Assembly: GCA_949283205.1 (NCBI GenBank)
Contig: CASDSD010000043.1
Span: 3,526 to 67,525, forward strand
Direction: 5' to 3'
Length of the DNA stretch: 64,000 nt
Source: an uncultured Alistipes sp.
GTDB taxonomy: Bacteria > Bacteroidota > Bacteroidia > Bacteroidales > Rikenellaceae
The notes beneath the pieces were generated by a model, which saw only the letters and a list, made by a program, of their open reading frames with translations, ran no database searches and was not told where the DNA came from. A program made the translations under genes and the position numbers. Shown here piece by piece: positions 56,328 through 64,000 of the stretch (the first letter of the stretch is position 1; every line of letters begins with the position of its first letter).

Positions 56328-56415
56328 GCGACGTAAAGATACTAATTTCGGCCGACTTTCCCGCCGCCGCAGCAAAATAGCCGCGCACGGGAGACGCTCG
56401 TATGGGAAAAATCGT

Positions 56416-56423
56416 TATTTTTG
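56416..56423 (+). promoter_or_regulatory. -7 box (TAttTTTG) for cysS
   Basis: TATTTTTG lies 65 nt upstream of ATG 56489. Confidence 0.45.
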
Positions 56424-56488
56424 CGGAGAATAGCCAGACCCGCGCACCGTGCGCGCAGGACGGCCTCACACGGAAACACGCAAAACTT

Positions 56489-57961
56489 ATGGAGAGCAAA
56501 CTCATTCTGTACAATACGCTCACGCGCCGCAAGGAGCCTTTCGAGCCGATCAACCCCGAACATGTAGGCATGTATGTCTGCGGCCCCACGGTCTACGGCG
56601 ACCCACATCTGGGCCACGCCCGCCCGGCCGTCACCTTCGACCTGTTGTTCCGCTACCTCAAGGCCGCGGGATACAAGGTGCGGTACGTGCGCAACATCAC
56701 CGACGTCGGCCACCTCGAGCATGACGCCGACGAGGGCGAGGACAAGATCGCCAAGAAGGCGCGCCTCGAGCAGCTCGAACCCATGGAGGTGGCACACTAC
56801 TACACCGAGCGCTACCACCACGCCATGGAGGCGCTGAACGTCCTCACGCCCTCGATAGAGCCCTGCGCCTCGGGACACATCATCGAGCAGATCGAGTTCG
56901 TCAAGCGCATCCTCGACGCGGGCTATGCCTATATCTCCAACGGCTCGGTATATTTCGACGTCGAGAAGTACAACCGCGAATACCACTATGGGCGCCTCTC
57001 GGGCCGCAACCTCGACGACATCATCGAGAACACCCGCTCGCTCGACGGCCAGCAGGACAAACACCGTTCGGTCGACTTCGCCCTCTGGAAGAAGGCCTCG
57101 CCCGAACACATCATGCGGTGGCCCTCGCCGTGGGGCGACGGCTTCCCGGGCTGGCACATGGAGTGCTCGGCCATGAGCACGAAATACCTCGGCGAGACAT
57201 TCGACATACACGGCGGCGGCATGGACCTCATGTTCCCCCACCACGAGTGCGAGATAGCGCAGTCGACCGCCGCCCTCGGACATGACTCGGCACGCTACTG
57301 GATACACAACAACATGATCACCATAAACGGCCAGAAGATGGGCAAGTCGCTGGGCAACTTCATCACCCTCGAGGAGCTGTTCACGGGCAAGCACCGCCTG
57401 CTCGAGCGCGCATACTCGCCCATGACCATACGCTTCTTCGTGCTGCAGGCCCACTACCGCTCGACGCTCGACTTCTCGAACGAGGCGCTGCAGGCCGCAG
57501 AGAAGGGGCTCGACCGCCTGATGAAGGGCATCGAGACGCTGGGCAAGCTGAAGGCCGCGCCGGCATCTACGGTAGATGTGGCGGAACTCGAGGAGCGCTG
57601 CCGCGCCGCCATGGACGACGACCTCAACTCGCCCATGGTGATCTCGGCCCTCTTCGACTGGGTGCGCACGATAAACCAGATAGCCGAGGGTCAGCAGAGC
57701 ATCTCGGAGGAGGACCTGCAGCGCCTGCGCGCCACGGTCAACCTCTACACCTTCGACATACTGGGCCTGCGCGACGAGAAGGCCGCAGGCGCTTCGGGCA
57801 GCGACATGGTACCGCAACTCGTCGAGACACTGCTCGACATACGCCAGAAGGCCAAGGCCGCCAAGGACTGGGCCACGTCGGACGCCATACGCAACCGCCT
57901 CACCGAGATCGGTATCCGCGTCAAGGACCGCAAGGACGGTGTCGACTGGGAGATCGAATAG
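56489..57961 (+). CDS. cysS: cysteine--tRNA ligase
   Basis: HIGH-type motif [15 protein letters not shown] and KMSKS-type motif KMGKSLGN. 490 aa. Confidence 0.96.
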   Translation: MESKLILYNTLTRRKEPFEPINPEHVGMYVCGPTVYGDPHLGHARPAVTFDLLFRYLKAAGYKVRYVRNITDVGHLEHDADEGEDKIAKKARLEQLEPMEVAHYYTERYHHAMEALNVLTPSIEPCASGHIIEQIEFVKRILDAGYAYISNGSVYFDVEKYNREYHYGRLSGRNLDDIIENTRSLDGQQDKHRSVDFALWKKASPEHIMRWPSPWGDGFPGWHMECSAMSTKYLGETFDIHGGGMDLMFPHHECEIAQSTAALGHDSARYWIHNNMITINGQKMGKSLGNFITLEELFTGKHRLLERAYSPMTIRFFVLQAHYRSTLDFSNEALQAAEKGLDRLMKGIETLGKLKAAPASTVDVAELEERCRAAMDDDLNSPMVISALFDWVRTINQIAEGQQSISEEDLQRLRATVNLYTFDILGLRDEKAAGASGSDMVPQLVETLLDIRQKAKAAKDWATSDAIRNRLTEIGIRVKDRKDGVDWEIE

Positions 57962-58051
57962 GCCGGAAGGGCAAATAAACGTATGCGCGGCAGGATGCCG
58001 TGAGGATACGGCCGCAGCGCATAAAAGAACACAACCAACAAAACGACCGGC

Positions 58052-58405
58052 ATGTCAGACAAGGGAAAGAAGTTCGAATGGATACGCTACCCGGGGCAGG
58101 GCCGCGGTGTGGTGTTGGGGCTACTCGTATGTCTGGTGTTCGGCACCGCACTCGAAAACCCCGCGGCAGGAATCCTCTTCGGGGTGATCTTCGGCAGCGG
58201 TATCGAAGCCTCGGCATACCGCAAGGAGCGCCGCCGTCGTCGCCACGAACTGAAGCGCGAGCGCGCGGAAAAGACCGCTGCGAAAAACGGGGCCGTGAAG
58301 GGCGGGACCGCGGGAAACAGAGCCGGGGAGAGCGGGACCGGGGAGAGCGGGACCGGGGAGAGCGGGACCGGGGAGAGCGGGACTGCGGAACCCGGGAACA
58401 AATAG
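58052..58405 (+). CDS. small hypothetical membrane protein with C-terminal (GESGT)x4 repeat
   Basis: 117 aa. Two Gly-zipper-like helices, a basic segment RKERRRRRHELKRER, and a tail encoded by four perfect 15-bp repeats. No family recognised. Confidence 0.55.
   Translation: MSDKGKKFEWIRYPGQGRGVVLGLLVCLVFGTALENPAAGILFGVIFGSGIEASAYRKERRRRRHELKRERAEKTAAKNGAVKGGTAGNRAGESGTGESGTGESGTGESGTAEPGNK
58325..58384 (+). repeat. perfect 15-bp tandem repeat x4 inside the small ORF
   Basis: GGGGAGAGCGGGACC appears four times. The last copy ends in T. Confidence 0.9.
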
Positions 58406-58435
58406 AGTTGAAAACAACACATCAATACACAAGTC

Positions 58436-59546
58436 ATGATTAACGAAGAACAGATTAAAGAGGCTATAAGACGACAGGATTCGTTGGGGAGGTGTCTTTG
58501 ACATCGCTCAGCGGAAAATAGACCTCCAGAACGAGGAGGAGAAGACACAGGACCCCGACTTTTGGAACGACGCCGAGGCGGCGCAGAAGCAGCTGCGCAA
58601 GGTGGCGTCGATAAAGAGCTGGGTGGATGACTATGACGCCGTGGTGAAGGCCGTGGAGGACCTGCAGCTGATGCCTGAGTTCGTCGGGGCGGGCCTTACG
58701 ACCGAGGCCGAGATGGACGCCCACTACGCCCACACGATGGACCTTATCGAGAAGCTCGAGCTGCGCAACATGCTGCGCAGCGAGGAGGACAAGATGGGCG
58801 CCATCATGGACATCAACGCCGGAGCGGGCGGCACCGAGGCGCTCGACTGGGCGTCGATGCTGCTGCGCATGTATACGCGCTGGTGCGACGCACACGGATA
58901 CAAGTACCGCATGATGGACTACCAGGCGGGGGACGAGGTGGGCGTGAAGTCGTGTACGCTCGAGATCGAGGGCGACTACGCCTACGGCTACCTCAAGAGC
59001 GAGAACGGCGTACACCGCATGGTGCGCCTGTCGCCCTTCAACGCCAACAACAAGCGCCAGACCACCTTCGCGTCGGTATTCGTCTCGCCGGCCGTGGACG
59101 ACACCATCGAGATCAAGATCAACCCTGCCGACTGCGAGTGGGACACCTACCGTTCGAGCGGAGCCGGCGGCCAGAACGTCAACAAGGTTGAGACGGCCGT
59201 ACGCCTGCGCTACCACGGCAAGGACCCCGACACGGGCGAGCCGGTGGAGTTCCTGATCGAGAACATGGAGACGCGCTCGCAGCTCATGAACCGCGAGAAC
59301 GCCATGCGCATCCTGCGCTCGAAACTCTACCAGCGCGAGATGGAGAAGCGGCGCGCCACGCAGCAGGCCCTCGAGGCGACGAAGAAACGTATCGAGTGGG
59401 GTTCGCAGATCCGCTCCTACGTCTTCGACGACCGCCGTGTGAAGGACCACCGCACGGGATACCAGACCTCGAACGTCGAGGCCGTGATGGACGGCGACAT
59501 CGACGCCTTCATCAAGGAGTACCTCATGCAGTTCGGGGGCGAGTGA
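58436..59546 (+). CDS. prfB: peptide chain release factor 2, expressed through a programmed +1 ribosomal frameshift
   Basis: ORF1 is MINEEQIKEAIRRQDSLGRCL, ending at in-frame TGA 58499-58501. The +1 frame from GAC 58500 continues DIAQRKIDLQNEEEKTQDPDFWND... into track ORF 58602-59546. SPF (RLSPFNAN) and GGQ (SGAGGQNVN) motifs are present. Confidence 0.93.
58486..58502 (+). other. prfB +1 frameshift site: SD-like GGGGAGG, 3-nt spacer, CTT TGA C
   Basis: The sequence GGGGAGG TGT CTT TGA C has the same architecture as the classical prfB recoding site. Confidence 0.9.
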
Positions 59547-59593
59547 TCCGTCCGGACAGAGGGGCGCCGACGCATAATTATGCATATTCGAAG

Positions 59594-59630
59594 AATGTGC
59601 CGCGGGGAGCGATTCCCGCGGCACATTTTT
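59594..59630 (+). terminator. rho-independent terminator after prfB
   Basis: 13-bp perfect stem AATGTGCCGCGGG / CCCGCGGCACATT, 8-nt loop, then TTTTT. Confidence 0.8.
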
Positions 59631-59739
59631 CGTGTCCGGCGCGGCCCGGCAGTCCGAAAAAGCAAATACACAATGCAAAGTTCCGCATTATACATTCCGG
59701 AAAAAATGCCGGCATGCGGGTCGCAACGACAAAATTGAG

Positions 59740-59747
59740 TACCTTTG
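59740..59747 (+). promoter_or_regulatory. -7 box (TAccTTTG) for the MFS transporter gene
   Basis: TACCTTTG lies 23 nt upstream of ATG 59771. Confidence 0.5.
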
Positions 59748-59770
59748 CACGTCAAAAAAAGGGAATTTTC

Positions 59771-60952
59771 ATGAAACGCAATTCGTATATTTTCACACTT
59801 GTCTTCGTGGGCATGATCGCCGCCTTCGGACCCTTCATCACCGACTTCTACCTGCCGGCGCTCCCCGCCCTGAGCGACTACTTCGGAACCCCCGCCTCGA
59901 TGATACAGCTCTCGCTGACGGTGGGCATGATAGGCCTCGGCGCCGGGCAGCTCGTCGTGGGTCCCATGTCGGACCGCTACGGACGGCGCCTGCCGCTGCT
60001 CGTGTCGCTCGCGGCCTTCGTCGCCGCAACGGCGGGATGCCTCGCCACGGACTCCATAGGCCGCTTCCTCCTCTACCGTTTCGTGCAGGGGCTGGCCGGC
60101 GCCGGCGGCGTGGTGATATCGCGCTCGATAGCCACAGACCTCTACTCGGGGCGTGAGCTCGCGCGCTTCTTCTCGGTTCTGGGCAGCGTGCAGGGCATCG
60201 TCCCCGTCGCCGCACCCGTAATCGGGGGTCTGCTGCTCGCCGTAACCGACTGGAAGGGCATCTTCGCCGTACTGCTCGGCATCGGCATCGTACTGCTCGT
60301 GATGACCGTGGTCTTCCGCGAGTCGCTCGCACAGCGCAGCCACAGCGTCGCCGCCTCGTTCAAGGGCTACGCCCCCGTCGTACGCAACCGCCGGAGCATG
60401 CGCTACATGGGCGTGCAGGCCATGGCCATGGGAGTCATGTTCAGCTACATATCGGCATCGCCCTTCATCTTCCAGCAGCAATACGGGCTCTCGCCCGTGG
60501 CATACAGCCTCTGCTTCGGACTCAACGCCTTCGGCATCATGGCCGGCAGCCTGCTCGTCCTGCGCAGCAGCTCCAGCGAGCGCGGCCTCACACTCGGCAC
60601 GCGCGGCTTCTTCGTCATGTCCCTGGCCACGGCCCTCATACTCATACAGGGCGGCTCGGTATGGCTCCTCGAGGCGTCGTTCTTCGTGCTGCTGGTGATG
60701 CTCGGGACCATCATGCCCACATCGACGGCACTCGCGCTCGAACCCCTGCGCGACCACTCCGGCAGCGCATCCGCCGCGCTCGGCTTCCTCTCGTTCCTCG
60801 TGGGCGGGATCTGCTCGCCCCTGGTAGGCATGGGCGACATGGCGGTCTCGACGGCAGCCGTGATCGCCGTCTGCGCCCTCTTCACGCTGCTGCTCGCACG
60901 CGGCGCCGGCCACTCGCACGCCGAGATGCGCACGAACGAGCGCCTCTCGTAA
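59771..60952 (+). CDS. MFS transporter, Bcr/CflA drug-resistance subfamily
   Basis: 393 aa, 12 TM. N-terminal FGPFITDFYLPALPALSDYFG and the MFS motif GPMSDRYGRR. Confidence 0.88.
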   Translation: MKRNSYIFTLVFVGMIAAFGPFITDFYLPALPALSDYFGTPASMIQLSLTVGMIGLGAGQLVVGPMSDRYGRRLPLLVSLAAFVAATAGCLATDSIGRFLLYRFVQGLAGAGGVVISRSIATDLYSGRELARFFSVLGSVQGIVPVAAPVIGGLLLAVTDWKGIFAVLLGIGIVLLVMTVVFRESLAQRSHSVAASFKGYAPVVRNRRSMRYMGVQAMAMGVMFSYISASPFIFQQQYGLSPVAYSLCFGLNAFGIMAGSLLVLRSSSSERGLTLGTRGFFVMSLATALILIQGGSVWLLEASFFVLLVMLGTIMPTSTALALEPLRDHSGSASAALGFLSFLVGGICSPLVGMGDMAVSTAAVIAVCALFTLLLARGAGHSHAEMRTNERLS

Positions 60953-61060
60953 ACGGCCGCCGCATAATGACACATCAATCGGCAGACGGACAAAAAATCC
61001 GCCTGCCGATTGTTTTTACGGCAAAGAAAGAGTACCTTCGCGTATAAACACCCAAGAAAG

Positions 61061-62236
61061 ATGATACGAAAACTCCTGCTGATGATATTGTGCCTCCCGG
61101 CCGCCGCATGCGCCGGGGCACAGGGTAACGATACGGCTCCCGCACGCGTAACGGTGGGCGCCGAACGTACGGAGATATACCTTCCAAAGATAGAGGGGTG
61201 CCGTGTGGCCGTGCTGGCCAACCATACGGCCATGGCGGGGGACCGCCACCTGGTGGACATGCTCTGTGACGAGGGTGTCGACGTGGCGGGCATCTTCTCC
61301 CCCGAGCACGGCTTCCGCGGCGGCGCCGACGCCGGCGAGCATGTCGCAAGCTCGGTAGACGAGAAGACCGGCATCCCGATCTGGTCGCTCTACGACGGCG
61401 GCTCGCAGCGCCCCTCGGAGCAGACGATGCAGGCCTTCGACGTGCTGCTGGTGGACATGCAGGACGTGGGGCTGCGCTTCTACACCTATTACATCACGAT
61501 GCTGCGCATGATGGATGCCTGCGCCGATGCCGGCCGCAAGGTGATCGTCCTCGACCGTCCCAACCCCAACGGCATGTATGTCGACGGCCCCATCCTCGAC
61601 ATGCAATACAAGTCGGGCGTGGGCGCGCTGCCCATACCCGTGGTGCACGGCCTCACGATGGGCGAGATAGCCCTCATGGCGCGCGGCGAGGGGTGGTGCA
61701 GGCAGTGTGACCTGGAGGTTGTGCCGTGCGAGGGTTACACCCACAGCACGCGCTACGAGCTGCCGATAGCCCCGTCGCCCAACCTGCCGACACAGCATGC
61801 GATATATCTCTATCCCTCGATCTGTCCCTTCGAGGGTACGGTATGCTCACTCGGGCGCGGCACCGGCCATCCGTTCGAGTGCTACGGCCACCCCGACTAC
61901 CGCGGCGGCGACTTCACCTTCACGCCCCGCTCCGTGGCCGGCGCGAAGAACCCGCCGCTCAAGGACAAGACATGCCGCGGCCGTGACCTGCGCGGACTCG
62001 ACGACGAAGAGATCATAGCCCGCGGCTTCGACCTGAGCTACGTCATCGACGCATACCGCAATCTGGGCCTGGGCGATAAGTTCTTCACGCCCATGTTCGA
62101 AAAGCTCGTGGGTGTGGACTACGTGCGCCGCATGATAATCGAGGGGCGCACGGCCGACGAGATACGCGCCGTGTGGCAGCCCGATGTGGAGCGTTTCCGC
62201 GAGCAGCGCCGCAAATACCTGTTATACGACGAATAG
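61061..62236 (+). CDS. DUF1343-family protein (exo-beta-N-acetylmuramidase NamZ-like)
   Basis: Signal/lipobox MIRKLLLMILCLPAAACAG. DVGLRFYTYYITMLRMMDACA is typical of DUF1343. Confidence 0.85.
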   Translation: MIRKLLLMILCLPAAACAGAQGNDTAPARVTVGAERTEIYLPKIEGCRVAVLANHTAMAGDRHLVDMLCDEGVDVAGIFSPEHGFRGGADAGEHVASSVDEKTGIPIWSLYDGGSQRPSEQTMQAFDVLLVDMQDVGLRFYTYYITMLRMMDACADAGRKVIVLDRPNPNGMYVDGPILDMQYKSGVGALPIPVVHGLTMGEIALMARGEGWCRQCDLEVVPCEGYTHSTRYELPIAPSPNLPTQHAIYLYPSICPFEGTVCSLGRGTGHPFECYGHPDYRGGDFTFTPRSVAGAKNPPLKDKTCRGRDLRGLDDEEIIARGFDLSYVIDAYRNLGLGDKFFTPMFEKLVGVDYVRRMIIEGRTADEIRAVWQPDVERFREQRRKYLLYDE

Positions 62237-62779
62237 CGTCGGCACGTAGTAGATGGCTATGCCGGCCACGGCCGAGAGGACGATAAGGAGTATCGGGTTG
62301 ACCTTGCGCACCGAGCCGACCATCGCGGCGGCGAACAGTACCCAGCTCCAGGCGTCGATGAAACTGTGGCCGTCCTCCGACGAGGGGAATATGAGCAGCA
62401 GCGCCGCCGAGCCGATCATGCCGATCACGACGGGGCGCATGCCCGCGATGATGCCCTTCACGTAGCGGTTGCGCCGCAGCGAGAGGAAGAAGCGCGTGAT
62501 GAGGATCATGAGCGTCAGCGCCGGCAGGCAGACCGAGATTGTCGCCACCACGGCGCCCCAGAATCCCGCCACGGTATATCCGACGTACGTTGCGGAGTTT
62601 ATGGCTATAGGACCGGGCGTCATCTGCGACACGGCCACGATGTCGGCGAACTCGGCATTCGTCATCCAGGCGTTCTGCACCACCACCTCGTTCTGTATGA
62701 GCGAGAGCATGGCATATCCGCCGCCGAAGCCGAAGAAGCCTATCTTCAGATAGCTGTAAAAGAGCTGCAGGTAGATCAT
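62222..62779 (-). CDS. chromate transporter (CHR) family protein, short-chain half
   Basis: FGFGGGYAMLSLIQNEVV motif. 185 aa. Its ATG overlaps the upstream paralog stop by 4 nt. Its 3' end overlaps the convergent namZ-like gene by 15 nt. Confidence 0.85.
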   Translation of the reverse strand: MIYLQLFYSYLKIGFFGFGGGYAMLSLIQNEVVVQNAWMTNAEFADIVAVSQMTPGPIAINSATYVGYTVAGFWGAVVATISVCLPALTLMILITRFFLSLRRNRYVKGIIAGMRPVVIGMIGSAALLLIFPSSEDGHSFIDAWSWVLFAAAMVGSVRKVNPILLIVLSAVAGIAIYYVPTLFVV

Positions 62780-63318
62780 CGGCGCACCTCCTTTCTGCGC
62801 AAAGCCGCCCACAGGGCCCCGGCGGCAGCTCCCGCCACAAGCAGGTAGACGGGCGAGATGGCGAAATACCACACCACGACGGCCACGGCCGCCGCCACGG
62901 CAATAAGCACCCAATGCATACCCTTGACGAAACCCGCTATGGGGGCTATTATCAGCGCCACAACCGCAGGGCGCATGCCCTTGAATGCCGCGTCGACGAC
63001 GGCGTTGTGGCGTATCGAGGCGAAGAATACCGCCACGAGGAGTATCACCGTGAATGCCGGCAGCACAACCCCGGCCAAAGCCGTGACGGCACCGCGGTAA
63101 CCGTAGAGCTTGTACCCCACGAATACCGACGTATTGAGCGATATGGGCCCGGGGGCCGACTGCGCCAGCGTCAGCAGGTCGAGGAAGTCGCGCTCCTCGA
63201 TCCAGCCGCGGTTGCGGATCACCTCGTTCTGGATGATGGGGATCATGGCATAGCCGCCCCCGAATGTGAATAGTCCGATCTTGAAGAACGACCAGAAAAG
63301 TTCCAGATATCTGTTCAT
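62776..63318 (-). CDS. chromate transporter (CHR) family protein, short-chain half
   Basis: FTFGGGYAMIPIIQNEVI motif. 180 aa. Start chosen at MNRYLELFW. Confidence 0.85.
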   Translation of the reverse strand: MNRYLELFWSFFKIGLFTFGGGYAMIPIIQNEVIRNRGWIEERDFLDLLTLAQSAPGPISLNTSVFVGYKLYGYRGAVTALAGVVLPAFTVILLVAVFFASIRHNAVVDAAFKGMRPAVVALIIAPIAGFVKGMHWVLIAVAAAVAVVVWYFAISPVYLLVAGAAAGALWAALRRKEVRR

Positions 63319-63344
63319 CTCCTTATGAATTAAGCCGCCCGCAG

Positions 63345-64000
63345 CTATCGCTGCATGCGGCAGAACGTCCCCAGAGGGAGGCGCTTGCCCGCCGCGTCGG
63401 CGAAGCACAGCTCGCCGTACTCGTAGTCGCCCGCGCCGAAGCACTGCGTAAGGGCCGTGTGCGCCACCACGGGCGAAAGCCCCATCGAATAGAGGTTCAA
63501 CACCACGAACCCGCGGCTGTCGAGCAGCGCCGAGCAGCACTCCAGCATCTCGCATATGTTCTCCTCGAGAACCCACTTCTCGCCCGCGGCGCCGCGCCCG
63601 TAGGCCGGAGGGTCAAGGATTATGCCGTCATAGCGGCGGCCGCGCCGCACTTCACGCCTGACATACTTCAAGGCATCCTCAACAACCCACCGTATATCCT
63701 TCAGGCCGCTCGCCTCCATGTTCTCGCGCGCCCACGTCACCACCTGCCGCACCGAGTCGACATGAGTCACACGCGCCCCCGCGGCACATGCCGCCAGCGA
63801 CGCCCCGCCCGTGTAGGCGAAGAGGTTCAGCACCTCGGCCGCCGTGCCGCGTGCCGAGATACGCGCCGTGCGGTCGTATATGTAATCCCAGTTTGCGGCC
63901 TGCTCGGGAAAGAGCCCCACATGCTTGAACGACGTCGGCACGAGACGCATGCGCAGACGCATCTCCCCGCGCCGGTACTCTATCGGCCAGCCCTGCGCCA
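63345..64000 (-). CDS. class I SAM-dependent (RlmI/RlmK-like) methyltransferase, N-terminus beyond the window
   Basis: SAM-binding NLFAYTGGASLAAA and ILDPPAYGRG motifs. The reading frame stays open to nt 64000 (...AQGWPIEYRRGEMRLR). Confidence 0.8.
   Translation of the reverse strand, partial: AQGWPIEYRRGEMRLRMRLVPTSFKHVGLFPEQAANWDYIYDRTARISARGTAAEVLNLFAYTGGASLAACAAGARVTHVDSVRQVVTWARENMEASGLKDIRWVVEDALKYVRREVRRGRRYDGIILDPPAYGRGAAGEKWVLEENICEMLECCSALLDSRGFVVLNLYSMGLSPVVAHTALTQCFGAGDYEYGELCFADAAGKRLPLGTFCRMQR

Noticed and set aside
54450-56336. 628-aa plus-strand ORF mirroring the beta-helix gene.
   Set aside because: The minus-strand frame has a signal peptide and periodic beta-helix repeats. 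The plus-strand frame is A/R/H/V-rich junk.
62222-63318. Chromate transporter pseudogene split into two ORFs.
   Set aside because: Both halves carry their own GGGYAM-type motif and proper ATG starts with a 4-nt overlap. This matches the known arrangement of paired short-chain CHR family genes rather than a disrupted long gene.

Overview
This is a GC-rich segment (about 60% by eye, not computed) that reads as core chromosome of a Bacteroidota/Bacteroidales-type organism. The phylum call is an inference. It rests on TAnnTTTG -7 boxes in front of most transcription units, almost no Shine-Dalgarno sequences, A-rich start contexts, and family content (GxGYxYP, DUF2723, TlpA-like lipoproteins, HU/SPOR protein, DUF4923-like pair).

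I call 57 protein-coding genes (2 truncated by the window edges), one tRNA-Arg(CCG), 14 hairpin terminators, 19 promoter boxes and about 10 tandem or direct repeats. CDS coordinates come from the ORF track, with start codons re-chosen and checked in frame. Coordinates of hairpins, boxes and repeats were read by eye and may be off by 1-2 nt.

Content is overwhelmingly housekeeping:
- rlmB, tsaB, smpB, dnaG, uvrB, lgt, ruvB, aroB, typA, rpiB, ispE, pssA, pepT, nadE, queG, cysS.
- prfB with its programmed +1 frameshift.
- Envelope, transport and glycan genes.

I see no integrase, transposase, CRISPR array, restriction-modification, toxin-antitoxin or recognisable defence genes. I therefore cannot support the presence of an accessory island or a clearly new multi-gene system.

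The items most worth a second look are:
1. A self-contained two-gene operon, a NifU/IscU-like protein plus a protein with the GGGTGRT motif, whose function is to my knowledge undescribed.
2. A 700-bp ORF-free, repeat-laden spacer between tRNA-Arg and ruvB. It holds a duplicated promoter module with three copies of a 12-nt arm and sits next to a LexA-like S24 repressor gene.
3. A recurring habit of short perfect tandem duplications (12-40 bp units) in intergenic spacers and in one small ORF.
4. Promoter geometry implying a leaderless uvrB mRNA.

Many very long ORFs in the six-frame track are antisense or out-of-frame artefacts of the high GC content and were rejected.
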